Origin: Escherichia phage vB_EcoS_SCS31 | Sequence record: ON081052 | Direction: 5' to 3' (one strand) | Length of the DNA stretch: 46,054 nt | Part shown: positions 18,090 through 27,655 of the stretch, piece by piece | Layout: every line of letters begins with the position of its first letter | Numbering within the stretch: the stretch's first letter is position 1 | Program-made: the position numbers and the translations under genes | The notes under the pieces: generated by a model | Databases searched by the model: none | The model's input: the letters and a program-made list of their open reading frames with translations, nothing else | What the model was told of the DNA's origin: nothing

Positions 18090-18845
18090 ATGTTAAGTCC
18101 AAAGTTTGAAAATCAGTTACAAAGCCTTTTCCCTGGCGAGATTGTGACACTAATCCAGGTAGACGGAACATCGTTTGGCTCTAACGTTTATTCGTTCCAC
18201 AATGAGAACATTTCATACACACCTGAAGAAATCATGCTAGCCCAAATGAATGGCGAGCCACTACCAGAGAAAACCATCACCTTCCGTGGTGAAGAGTACG
18301 GCCCAAGACCATTTGGAATCTCTGGCATCAATATGACCTCTGACGGCAAGGCCAACAAAGTGACGCTAACAGTATCAAACGTAGACCAGCGCATTAGCGC
18401 ATTGATTCGCACTTACAATGGATTGGTCAAGGCTAAGGTTACTATCTGGATTACCACGCGTGATAACATTAATGAAGACGGAAGCATTGCTGATGGGGAC
18501 TATCGCCGATTCGTTTACTTCATTGAGCGACCAAAGCAAGTTGATTACAAAACCGCATCATTTGAGCTTAGTAGTCCGATGGATATGGATGGCATTTATA
18601 TTCCAGCGAGACTTGTTCAGTCCGTTTGCTATTGGTCGTCAAGGGGGTGGTATCGTAGCGGTAATGGTTGCGACTATGCTGGCAATCGTTATTTTGACAA
18701 GGATGACAATCCAGTGTCAGACCCTTCACTTGACTTCTGCGCCGGAACGGTAAATAGCTGTAAGATTAGGTTTGGTGAGAATAATCAGCTTTCATTTGGT
18801 GGGTGCGCAGCAGCGAGCCTTCAAGCTAAAGCTAATCAGAGTTAA
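18090..18845 (+). CDS. minor tail protein (lambda L-like, putative)
   Basis: Position; C-terminal cysteine cluster (CYWSS...C...C...C) consistent with Fe-S-binding gpL-like proteins; ATG 18090 with RBS GGAGA. Confidence 0.55.
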   Translation: MLSPKFENQLQSLFPGEIVTLIQVDGTSFGSNVYSFHNENISYTPEEIMLAQMNGEPLPEKTITFRGEEYGPRPFGISGINMTSDGKANKVTLTVSNVDQRISALIRTYNGLVKAKVTIWITTRDNINEDGSIADGDYRRFVYFIERPKQVDYKTASFELSSPMDMDGIYIPARLVQSVCYWSSRGWYRSGNGCDYAGNRYFDKDDNPVSDPSLDFCAGTVNSCKIRFGENNQLSFGGCAAASLQAKANQS

Positions 18846-18892
18846 ATAGCACGAATTGCTAAAGACGATTTAAAAAGATGGGGTATAGTTAC
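18846..18892 (+). promoter_or_regulatory. phage promoter, palindromic motif class
   Basis: ATAGCACGAATTGCTAAAG ... TATAGTTAC ... AATCGAAACGAGA. Confidence 0.5.
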
Positions 18893-18911
18893 CCAATCGA
18901 AACGAGAGGAG

Positions 18912-19274
18912 ATGAAAAAAATGTTCCAAATTAAATTTAACGGATACAAAAAAGACAAAGAAGAGTGCGCTGGTTTGTTTTTTGTTGGCCACAATTACCC
19001 CTGCAGTGTTGTTGACTCAAACAGATACTATCAGACGCAGGATGAGAATGGCAATATTGTAAAGTTTAAAAGTATTTTTCGTGATGCTTGTTACGACTTT
19101 TCAAGAATTGATACTCAGAGCAAGGTATTAGACGAGCATGATAACAAGATGAAATATCGAATGAATGGTGTTGATGTCACTAAGTCATTCTTTGATGATA
19201 AGCTACTGGAAGTTGAGATGCTTAAATCAAGAGATGTTTCAGTATTTATAGATTTTGAGGTTTATTTTGAATAA
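18912..19274 (+). CDS. hypothetical moron protein (120 aa)
   Basis: Own promoter copy; inserted between L-like and K-like tail genes. Confidence 0.4.
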   Translation: MKKMFQIKFNGYKKDKEECAGLFFVGHNYPCSVVDSNRYYQTQDENGNIVKFKSIFRDACYDFSRIDTQSKVLDEHDNKMKYRMNGVDVTKSFFDDKLLEVEMLKSRDVSVFIDFEVYFE

Positions 19275-19332
19275 ACAAAATTAGTGTTAAACTAGGTCAA
19301 TCGAAAGGTTGGCCTTTTTTATTGGAGATAAA

Positions 19333-20091
19333 ATGTTAACACCAAAAGTTAAACTGCAAATCTTCCAGCACGCAAAAGATGTTTACCCTCATGAGTGCTG
19401 TGGAGTTGTTACGCAGAAGGGTCGCGCTCAGAAATACCACAGAATCAAGAACGCCAGCAAAGACCCTGAAAATGAGTTTATCCTTGATTCAAATGAGTAT
19501 GCAGATTTTCTCTTTGAGTTGGCTCACAATGAATCTATTGTTTACGTAGTTCACTCCCACACAGGTGATGGAGCCACAACAAGGCCAAGCCCTGCGGATA
19601 TTTGCAGCTGCAATGAGTGCGAGATTCCTTACGTTATTGTAAGCATACCAGAGGGAGATATGAGAATCCTTGAACCATCAACCATGCCGCTGATTGGGAG
19701 ACCTTGGGGGCTTGGTAGCTTTGATTGCTGGGAGCTGGTTATGTCGTTTCACAAGAAATACGGAGTCAAACTGAATGACTACCGAGTTAATTACCCGTGG
19801 TGGGAGAAACGGTACAATGAAAATATCTATGACGATAATTGGATTAATGAAGGATTTGAGGTAGTAAAAACTTCAGATATTCCGATTGGCTCAATGATTA
19901 TGATGCAGGTCCAGAGTGAAGTCACAAACCACGCCGGAATCTACATTGGCAACAACAGATTCATTCATCACCTTTATGGTAAAATGAGTTCCGTTGATAT
20001 CTACTCCGATTACTGGCGCGAGCGCACTGTGCGAATAGTTCGCCATAAGGATTTACCAGAGGATGTAAGTTATGACCAAGAAACTGATTGA
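19333..20091 (+). CDS. tail tip protein (lambda K-like; MPN/JAB + NlpC/P60-like motifs)
   Basis: HECCGVV ... HSH motif resembling JAB/MPN; position; ATG 19333 with RBS GGAGA (track TTG start rejected). Confidence 0.6.
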   Translation: MLTPKVKLQIFQHAKDVYPHECCGVVTQKGRAQKYHRIKNASKDPENEFILDSNEYADFLFELAHNESIVYVVHSHTGDGATTRPSPADICSCNECEIPYVIVSIPEGDMRILEPSTMPLIGRPWGLGSFDCWELVMSFHKKYGVKLNDYRVNYPWWEKRYNENIYDDNWINEGFEVVKTSDIPIGSMIMMQVQSEVTNHAGIYIGNNRFIHHLYGKMSSVDIYSDYWRERTVRIVRHKDLPEDVSYDQETD

Positions 20092-20644
20092 CATTAAATT
20101 AGGCCTGTCCATAGGCCGTAAGTTTGGAAAGATTCACCAAATGGCGGTGGGTAGTGTGCCTGAGGCAATGCGAGCGCTTTGCTCTCAGATTCCTGCTTTC
20201 AAGGAGTTCATGAATAGCCATGTCGGTCAGAACACAAGATACGCTGTGTTCGTTGACGGAAAAAATGTGAACGAGCATCGAATCGCTGATTTTAGTGCCG
20301 TTCAGGAAATACGCATTTTACCAATCCCTCAGGGCCGCAAGTCCGGTGGGTTGTTTCAGACAATTTTAGGCGCCGCACTTATCACAGTTGGTATCATTTC
20401 TGGGCAGATTTATCTTGTTGGCGCTGGTGTGTCTTTAGCGGCGGGAGGTATTGCGCAACTACTTTCACCGCAAGCAACTGGATTAAAGACCCAGAACAAC
20501 CAAACTAGCAATAGGGCATCTTACGCATTCGGCTCGGCTGTAAACACAGTAGCCGCTGGTTATCCAGTTTGCCTACCTTATGGCTACCGAACTGTTGGGG
20601 GCTCTGTGTTTAGTGCAGGCAGCTACGCTGAAGACAATGCTTAA
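20072..20644 (+). CDS. tail assembly protein (lambda I-like, putative)
   Basis: 190 aa with C-terminal hydrophobic Gly/Ala-rich segment; position. Confidence 0.5.
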   Translation: MTKKLIDIKLGLSIGRKFGKIHQMAVGSVPEAMRALCSQIPAFKEFMNSHVGQNTRYAVFVDGKNVNEHRIADFSAVQEIRILPIPQGRKSGGLFQTILGAALITVGIISGQIYLVGAGVSLAAGGIAQLLSPQATGLKTQNNQTSNRASYAFGSAVNTVAAGYPVCLPYGYRTVGGSVFSAGSYAEDNA

Positions 20645-20650
20645 ATATCA

Positions 20651-20675
20651 TACCCGCCTAGTGCGGGTTTTTTAT
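20651..20675 (+). terminator. rho-independent terminator
   Basis: ACCCGCCTAGTGCGGGT + T6. Confidence 0.6.
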
Positions 20676-20685
20676 TTAGTGTAGA

Positions 20686-23600
20686 ATGGCACAAATGATC
20701 AAAACAAATATGAGGCTTTGTGATATGGCTGAAGATATTAAGATTTATGGTGCCAAAGGAGGCAGCCAGAAGCAGCATCAACCAGTTGAACAGGAAGACA
20801 ACCTGATTTCATTAAACAAGGTTAAGGTGTTGCTTGCTGTCGCTGACGGAGAGGTTGATTCAAACTTCTCAATGAAGGATTTATACCTTGCTGACGTTCC
20901 TGTGCAAAACCAAGACGGCAGCTACAACTATGAAGGTGTTCGCGCTGAGTTCCGTGCTGGTACGCAGTATCAGGATTATATCGCTGGCCTTGATGGTGCA
21001 AACTCAGAGATTCAGGCTTCCAGAGAAATCACGAACGATACCCCGTACATCATTGCGGTTAACAATACTCAGCTATCAGCTATTCGTGTAAAGCTATATT
21101 GGCCCAGACTGGTTAAGCAAGAAAGTAATGGCGATCTGAACGGAACTACATGCGAGTATGCGATTGACCTGTCTGTTAATGGTGGCGCTTACCAGGAATA
21201 CACTAGCGGAGTTGCTAATGGCAAGACCACTACAGGTTACGACCGCAGCATTCGCGTGAACCTTCCGGCTGAATTTGATAGCGCACTGGTTCGAATCCGT
21301 AAAATTACGCCAGATTCGACAAGTAGCACACTGGTTAACGGGATGCAGATCACAACCTATCAGGAAGTAATTGACGCTAAATTCCGCTATCCGCTTACAG
21401 CCCTGGTTTATGTTGAGTTTGGCTCTGACCTGTTCCCTAACGGCATCCCAACAATCTCCATCAAGAAGCGATGGAAGCTAATTCAGGTTCCGACAAACTA
21501 CAACCCGGAGGCAAGGACTTACAGCGGGACATGGAATGGACTGTTCAAGATGGCGTGGTCAAATAACCCAGCATGGGTTCTTTATGACTTGGTGACAAAC
21601 CGCAGATATGGTCTTGACCAGCGAGAGCTAGGTGTAGAGATTGATAAATGGGGCCTGTACGAAGCTGCGCAATTCTGCGACCAGATGGTTCCAGATGGTA
21701 ATGGTGGAATGGAGCCTCGTTATCTCTGCGACATGGTTGTGCAAAACAAAGTTGAGGCCTACACGCTAATTCGTGATATCTGTTCAATCTTCCGTGGCCT
21801 GACTTTCTATGACGGTGAAAAGATTGGCATCGTGGTTGATAAGCCTCGCAACCCATCTTACATATTCACCAATGATAACGTTGTAAACGGATTGTTCAGT
21901 CGCACCTTTGCCAGTGATAAAAGCCTCTACACTACTGCTAACGTCCAGTTTGATGATGTAGAAAACAACTATCAGCAGGATGTTGAGCCAGTTTTTGAAC
22001 TCGAGGCTACTCGCAGATTCGGATTTAATCCAGTCGACCTTACGGCAATTGGATGTACTCGCAGAAGTGAAGCAAACAGACGTGGAAGATGGCTCCTAAA
22101 AACCAACCTTAGAAGCGAAACTATCAGCTTCACTACCGGGTTGGAAGGCATGATTCCGATGATTGGTGAGGTAATTGCGGTCAATGATGCAGCATGGTCG
22201 AGCAACTATCAGTTAAACCTTTCCGGTCGTATTGAATCAGTCCAGGGATTGCAGGTTTTTACACCGTTTAAAGTTGACGCAGCTCCTGGTGACAGAATTC
22301 TTCTTAACAAGCCTGACGGAAGTCCAGAGGCAAGAACTATTGCCAGCGTTTCGGAAGATGGTAGAACAATCAACCTTAACACTGCTTTCAGTTTTGTGGC
22401 TCAGCCTGACACTGTGTTCGCAATTGATAAGGACAATCTCGCACTTCAGCAGTATGTGGTGACCGGGATTCAAAAAGCAGATTCTGACGGTTCGGATTCA
22501 TTCCAGTATACGATTACTGCTGTAGAGTATGACCCGAACAAGTATGATGAGATTGACTACGGCGTTAACATTGTTGACCGTCCTACTTCAATCGTGGAAC
22601 CTGATAGATTATCGCCACCAGAAAACCTGACCGTATCAAGCTATAGCAAGGTTGTTCAGGGTTTATCAGTTGAGACGATGGTAATTGGCTGGGACAAGTC
22701 GCCATACGCTAAAACATACAATGTTCAATGGAGAAAAGAAAATGGCAACTGGATTAACGTACCCAGAACAGCAAGTACAGAGGTTGATATCGAAGGTATT
22801 TACGCAGGAATCTATGACGTTAGGGTTCGCAGCGTATCAGATACTGAAAACGTGTCTTCCTGGTCTGACATTGTAACGGTATCGCTAACTGGCAAGATTG
22901 GTCGCCCTTCGGCACCTACAGTTATTACGGCGTCAACTGATGAAGTCTTTGGTATCCGTGTTAAATGGGGATTCCCTGAAGGCTCTGGCGATACTGCTTA
23001 CACTGAACTTCAGCAGGTTCCTGATAATGGTGACGGTACTTACAACCCTGATAACGCGAGATTGCTGACGCTGCTGCCATACCCAGCCTATGAATACTGG
23101 CATACGCCAATTCAGCCAGGTAAGGTAATTTGGTATCGCGCAAGATTGATCGACAGAATCGGAAATACCTCTGATTGGTCTGGTTTCGCTAGAGGTATGA
23201 GTACTGACGACGCCAACATTATCAACGATTACATCAAGGTTGATATTGAGGGTTCGGAAGGATTCAAATACCTCGAGCAGAATGCGATTCAGAAGAACCA
23301 GGACATTCAGAATCAGGCAGAATCAATTCTTGAGAACGCATTAGCTAATGACACTGATGTTCGTCGCATGACTAAGGAGAACGGCAAACGTAAGGCTGAA
23401 TATGTTCAGGCGGTTAATCTCATAGCCGATGAAACTCAGGCGCGAGTAGAGGCTCTCACAGCTCTTAAAGCGCAGATAGATGATGAAGTTGTAGCATCGA
23501 TTACAGAAGTTCAGACAGCGCTAGCCACCGAGACAGAAGCAAGGACTACTGCTGACACGGCTCTATCAGCAAGACTTGGTGAAAACGAGGCTGCTCTAAA

Positions 23601-24111
23601 CCAGAAGCTTGATGCTTTCTCCAATGCCACGTCGACTGGTGTACAGTACGGAATTAGTCTTGGCCTGAAATACAATGGGCAGACTTATTCATCCGGTATG
23701 AGCATGGAGCTTGTTGGCACTGGTGGTAATGTTCGTAGTCAATTCATTTTTGACGCAAATAGATTCGCAATTAGTAATGGGATTGGTTCTGGTTCCGGTC
23801 AGTGGCAGCTCCCCTTCGTTGTCGAGAACGGAAACGTAATCATCCAGAGTGCAGTAATCGGTGATGGCTCAATCAGTAACGCGAAGATTGGAAACTTCAT
23901 TCAATCGAATAACTACGTAGCAGGAACTACAGGCTGGAGGATTGATAAATCAGGAAGTGCAGAGCTAAGTAATGCCACGGTAAGGGGTAATCTTTACGCT
24001 AACAATGGTAACTTCGCTTTTAATGGAACCAATAACACGGTTCAGATTAACGGGAATGGAATCACGGTAAACCTACAAAATGGTGGTCGTGTTGTTGTAG
24101 GAGTGTGCTAA
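20686..24111 (+). CDS. central tail fibre / host specificity protein (lambda J-like)
   Basis: 1141 aa; last large gene of tail module; start may be the internal ATG near 20725 (RBS GAGG). Confidence 0.8.
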   Translation: MAQMIKTNMRLCDMAEDIKIYGAKGGSQKQHQPVEQEDNLISLNKVKVLLAVADGEVDSNFSMKDLYLADVPVQNQDGSYNYEGVRAEFRAGTQYQDYIAGLDGANSEIQASREITNDTPYIIAVNNTQLSAIRVKLYWPRLVKQESNGDLNGTTCEYAIDLSVNGGAYQEYTSGVANGKTTTGYDRSIRVNLPAEFDSALVRIRKITPDSTSSTLVNGMQITTYQEVIDAKFRYPLTALVYVEFGSDLFPNGIPTISIKKRWKLIQVPTNYNPEARTYSGTWNGLFKMAWSNNPAWVLYDLVTNRRYGLDQRELGVEIDKWGLYEAAQFCDQMVPDGNGGMEPRYLCDMVVQNKVEAYTLIRDICSIFRGLTFYDGEKIGIVVDKPRNPSYIFTNDNVVNGLFSRTFASDKSLYTTANVQFDDVENNYQQDVEPVFELEATRRFGFNPVDLTAIGCTRRSEANRRGRWLLKTNLRSETISFTTGLEGMIPMIGEVIAVNDAAWSSNYQLNLSGRIESVQGLQVFTPFKVDAAPGDRILLNKPDGSPEARTIASVSEDGRTINLNTAFSFVAQPDTVFAIDKDNLALQQYVVTGIQKADSDGSDSFQYTITAVEYDPNKYDEIDYGVNIVDRPTSIVEPDRLSPPENLTVSSYSKVVQGLSVETMVIGWDKSPYAKTYNVQWRKENGNWINVPRTASTEVDIEGIYAGIYDVRVRSVSDTENVSSWSDIVTVSLTGKIGRPSAPTVITASTDEVFGIRVKWGFPEGSGDTAYTELQQVPDNGDGTYNPDNARLLTLLPYPAYEYWHTPIQPGKVIWYRARLIDRIGNTSDWSGFARGMSTDDANIINDYIKVDIEGSEGFKYLEQNAIQKNQDIQNQAESILENALANDTDVRRMTKENGKRKAEYVQAVNLIADETQARVEALTALKAQIDDEVVASITEVQTALATETEARTTADTALSARLGENEAALNQKLDAFSNATSTGVQYGISLGLKYNGQTYSSGMSMELVGTGGNVRSQFIFDANRFAISNGIGSGSGQWQLPFVVENGNVIIQSAVIGDGSISNAKIGNFIQSNNYVAGTTGWRIDKSGSAELSNATVRGNLYANNGNFAFNGTNNTVQINGNGITVNLQNGGRVVVGVC

Positions 24112-24115
24112 TAAA

Positions 24116-24145
24116 TAAAGCCCCTGAATAGGGGCTTTTCTTTTA
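24116..24145. terminator. bidirectional terminator between convergent genes
   Basis: AAAGCCCCTGAATAGGGGCTTTTCTTTT. Confidence 0.6.
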
Positions 24146-25105
24146 GTACATGTTTGGTATGTATGGAACTGCCATTGATATGTTTGTATCTAAATGGAAA
24201 TGTGCGCCAGTCCGTGTTGAATAGTTTCCAATTACACTACCAAACCCAGACCTGACAGATCCATTAGACATTACGACCCCTTTGTATCTAAGGTTGTTAT
24301 ACCCGCCAGTTACTCGAGTCGTAGCTCCAGTCCTGAGTATCGGGAAGTATCCGCCACCTATCGACTGATATCCATTGCTTATTTGTATAAATCCACTAAG
24401 TACGAATGGTCGCCTAACGCTTGAAAAAACAATCTGACCAGAGCTATTTGACATTGTTAGTCCTGGTCCGGCTGGTGGGGGTTCATTTCTGAATATCACC
24501 AGCTGAACATAAGTACTTGCCGAAACATCATCTGTACCTCCGTAGGTTATATCCCTGCACCATATTGTTGATCCATCTGATTCAAGTGATACGTTTGGAT
24601 TATCCCACTTGCCGAATGGTATGCCGCTAACTGGTAGCGATGCCGCCCCGTTAACCTGTATGCCTCCAACCCATGCTGCTGACATTAGTCTCGAGTTGCT
24701 TGATATAGCAAGGAAATCAGTTGAGTTCTCAACGAGTATCCCTGGGCTTGATGAAGGTGATGCTGGTAGAATTTCAAAACAATTACCCGCAAAGTCAATT
24801 ATTCGACCATTGGCACCATTGAAGTTACTAAGTGTTATCCTGCCAACTCCGTCATTAACCTTTTGGAATCCGTTCATGTAATAAACTTCAGGTATAACAT
24901 CGTAAGCATCAACGTGGACTGCCTTCGTTGGTAGGCAGAAAGCCGTAGAGCCAGGAGACATTGTCAATCCAAAATCCCACGAACTTGCTGGGGTTGAAAG
25001 TCCATTGGTATTTATTGATCCAGTCACAGCAGGTGCCCTTAATCCTGCCGTTATTTCCATCGCTGGTCTTCCGTCATTGAGGTCAATCAATATACCCTGC
25101 GGCAT
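24143..25105 (-). CDS. beta-rich Gly/Ser/Asn-rich protein, possible receptor-binding/tail-associated protein (320 aa)
   Basis: ATG 25105 with RBS AAGGAG, start overlaps lipoprotein stop (TAATG coupling); composition only. Confidence 0.4.
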   Translation of the reverse strand: MPQGILIDLNDGRPAMEITAGLRAPAVTGSINTNGLSTPASSWDFGLTMSPGSTAFCLPTKAVHVDAYDVIPEVYYMNGFQKVNDGVGRITLSNFNGANGRIIDFAGNCFEILPASPSSSPGILVENSTDFLAISSNSRLMSAAWVGGIQVNGAASLPVSGIPFGKWDNPNVSLESDGSTIWCRDITYGGTDDVSASTYVQLVIFRNEPPPAGPGLTMSNSSGQIVFSSVRRPFVLSGFIQISNGYQSIGGGYFPILRTGATTRVTGGYNNLRYKGVVMSNGSVRSGFGSVIGNYSTRTGAHFHLDTNISMAVPYIPNMY

Positions 25106-25356
25106 TATTTCCACTCCTTGCTGCCATGATCTGCAATAGAGCCACCGTAACCGCCGCCAGCCTTGCTTTCAATTCCGGCGTAGCGAACATCAACCTCACC
25201 AGCCGGAACAACTACGCCACCTTTCCATTTAGCTACGCACACACCATTTGCTTGTGTTGCACACCAACCATCCGGGCGAGGACCAGATGAGCAACCTACC
25301 ATCATGATTGCTGCTGCGGCGATGATTGAAAGTTTGATTAATTTAGTCATTTTCAT
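25105..25356 (-). CDS. outer-membrane lipoprotein, Cor/Llp-like superinfection-exclusion candidate
   Basis: N-terminus [25 protein letters not shown]: signal peptide plus lipobox Cys; small size; adjacent to tail fibre region. Confidence 0.5.
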   Translation of the reverse strand: MKMTKLIKLSIIAAAAIMMVGCSSGPRPDGWCATQANGVCVAKWKGGVVVPAGEVDVRYAGIESKAGGGYGGSIADHGSKEWK

Positions 25357-25384
25357 GTTCCTTAGAATGTGTGTTTCGTTTTGA

Positions 25385-25436
25385 TGGAGTAATCATATCT
25401 TAACTGTTAGGTTTGTCTTTAGCTATTCGTGCTATT
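25385..25436 (-). promoter_or_regulatory. phage promoter, palindromic motif class (minus strand)
   Basis: Reverse complement reads AATAGCACGAATAGCTAAAG ... TATGATTAC ... CATCAAAACGAAAC. Confidence 0.45.
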
Positions 25437-25679
25437 CAACCATCTGTTATATTTATCCCTCTCCTTGATTGCCTTTTCAAGTGACTTGAATCTTAAAAGT
25501 AGCGGCATACAGTCAACACCCATAATTAAGGATTCGTCGCAGCTATTTGCGCCAGTCAGCCAAAGAGAGAAGTATTGTTGATCGAGGCCGTAGTTCCTGT
25601 CTTTATTGACCCTAACGCTAACAACTTTAAATTTTAAACCAGCCAACTTAACCTTATCTATAAATTCTGACTTATTCAT
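25419..25679 (-). CDS. hypothetical small protein (start trimmed from track ORF)
   Basis: Track ORF N-terminus overlaps promoter copy at 25737; internal ATG 25679 with RBS GGAGCAA. Confidence 0.35.
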   Translation of the reverse strand: MNKSEFIDKVKLAGLKFKVVSVRVNKDRNYGLDQQYFSLWLTGANSCDESLIMGVDCMPLLLRFKSLEKAIKERDKYNRWLNSTNS

Positions 25680-25699
25680 CTTGTTGCTCCTTTTTAGTT

Positions 25700-25753
25700 T
25701 ACCTGGAAATGGTACATCACCCATGAGATTTGTCTTTAGCAATTAGTGCTATT
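25700..25753 (-). promoter_or_regulatory. phage promoter, palindromic motif class (minus strand)
   Basis: Reverse complement reads AATAGCACTAATTGCTAAAG. Confidence 0.45.
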
Positions 25754-26225
25754 GGTTACGCGTAACCGATGTAACTCGATGTATACCATATCCATCCGCG
25801 GGAAATCAGTTACGCCATATTGCGCACAGTTACGCTTTAGTTACACTAAAATATCTATATATATAAAGGGTTTAGATAATTATTATTATTATCTATATAT
25901 ATAGTGTAACTGCTGCAACTCATAATATTGGTATGTTGCGTTTGTTTTTCTATATGATGATTATCTTTGTTATCTGGCGTGGCTAAATGGATGTAGGGTG
26001 TGGTGCACCACATAAAAGATACCGTTACATTGGTTACATGTGAGTTACATTGAGGATTTATGCGGTCTGCGGTGGCTAAAAACGTAACAAAGGAGAGCCT
26101 ATACATGAAATTACGTCATTTGACGCGTAATCATAATTTATTAATCGGTGATATCTATTGGACTGCGCTGCCACCCTCTCATATGATCAACCCATCGAAA
26201 GCAAACAACCATAGAGAGACGCAAA

Positions 26226-26420
26226 ATGGCTTACTTCATCATTAAAGAGAAAAACAACGCACTATTCGGCGACTGCTACTTCGGAGGTGAGGCAGGTTAC
26301 ACTACAGATAAGAATGAGGCAGACCGATTTGAAACGAAGGAAGATGCCAAATCTGTCCTGACCGGATACTTCACAGAAGAAGATTTTAAATTGGTTAAGA
26401 TTGTTAAGGTTAAGGAGTGA
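26226..26420 (+). CDS. hypothetical protein (64 aa)
   Basis: ORF track. Confidence 0.35.
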   Translation: MAYFIIKEKNNALFGDCYFGGEAGYTTDKNEADRFETKEDAKSVLTGYFTEEDFKLVKIVKVKE

Positions 26421-26423
26421 ATC

Positions 26424-26621
26424 ATGAAGGCTTTTATAGACATAAATAAGTCACCATACAACGACGAACCGGATCCTGAGGTAAGAATAAGGATAAAATT
26501 TAAAACTGGAAGAGAGATAAACATAACAACAACATGCTCTGGTATATCAAAAGCGATAATGGGATGCAGTGAAATCCCTGTAGATGTATCACTTAGAAAT
26601 GTAGAGGTTAAAATAAAATGA
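26424..26621 (+). CDS. hypothetical protein (65 aa)
   Basis: ORF track; ATGA overlap with next gene. Confidence 0.35.
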   Translation: MKAFIDINKSPYNDEPDPEVRIRIKFKTGREINITTTCSGISKAIMGCSEIPVDVSLRNVEVKIK

Positions 26622-27583
26622 GCTTTAAAGTTTTTACTCGAGAAGAGCTAAGCAATGAGTCTTACCACTCCGAGACCGACCACATCTCAGGCTCCTCACT
26701 TGTCGAGATTATCCAGGGATCCCCAGCCAAGTGGAAGTTTAAGCAGCGCAACAATGATAGCAAGGCCCTTAAGTTTGGAACGCTGAGTCACAGTATGATC
26801 CTTGAAGGTGACATGTTTGATAAAGAATACCTTCGCGCAACCGACCTTGACGCGATTGAAGGCCTAATTACAAGCCAGACAGGATTATCAGCAGCACTCA
26901 AAAAGGTTGGCGTGGCTGGAACGTCTGGGAAGGCCTATAGCGAGCTTGTGGAGATGATGTATCGATATTCTGAGGACTGGCCTGTTAAGTGGCTAATTGA
27001 ACAGCAGGAGAGCGCGCAGGCGATTGCGGAGGGTAAGGAGCTAGTTAGCGCAGCAGACTATGACAAAGTGGTAGCGATGCGCGAGGTTCTTTGCAACATT
27101 CCGGCGTATAATGCGATTGTGAATAGCGAGACGGCGCAGAAAGAGCTATCAATCTTTGGTGAGATTCTCGGGGTTGGCGTGAAGATTCGAATTGACCACG
27201 TTGATGTTATTGATGGAGTAGTTCGGATCACAGATTATAAAACGACAGCGGACGCAAGCCCGGAAGGATTCGGCAAATCGGCATTCTCGCACGGATACCT
27301 TGCAAAAATGGCGCTTCAGCGAGATCTGTTTGTGAAGGCATTTAACGAGAAGCGAAAAGTTGTTGTTGGATTGCTGGCGCAGGAGAAAGTAGAACCATAC
27401 CTTCCAATGCTGTACACCCTAACTGACGAACAGCTACGAATTGGTCGTCTTCAGTATCTTGAAGCGCTTGCCACATACAAGAAGTGTAAAGAGCTAGATA
27501 TCTGGCCTGGTTACTCGAATGGCATTACGGAGCAAGAGCTGATTATTCCTGAGTGGGCTATTAAACAATATAGAGAGATATAA
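26618..27583 (+). CDS. PD-(D/E)XK-type exonuclease (RecE/Cas4-like, putative)
   Basis: Motif IDHVDVIDGVVRITDYKT resembles the D...D-x-K nuclease core; sits upstream of annealing protein and SSB. Confidence 0.55.
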   Translation: MSFKVFTREELSNESYHSETDHISGSSLVEIIQGSPAKWKFKQRNNDSKALKFGTLSHSMILEGDMFDKEYLRATDLDAIEGLITSQTGLSAALKKVGVAGTSGKAYSELVEMMYRYSEDWPVKWLIEQQESAQAIAEGKELVSAADYDKVVAMREVLCNIPAYNAIVNSETAQKELSIFGEILGVGVKIRIDHVDVIDGVVRITDYKTTADASPEGFGKSAFSHGYLAKMALQRDLFVKAFNEKRKVVVGLLAQEKVEPYLPMLYTLTDEQLRIGRLQYLEALATYKKCKELDIWPGYSNGITEQELIIPEWAIKQYREI

Positions 27584-27655
27584 AATGAACAAATCGCTAA
27601 AAAAACTGGGATGACTTAGGTATAGTTATCCAATCAACAACGAACGAGGTTAAAG

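Noticed and set aside
21545-23143. Several short ORFs on both strands inside the J-like tail fibre gene
   Set aside because: Internal or antisense to a 1141-aa ORF; no independent signals.
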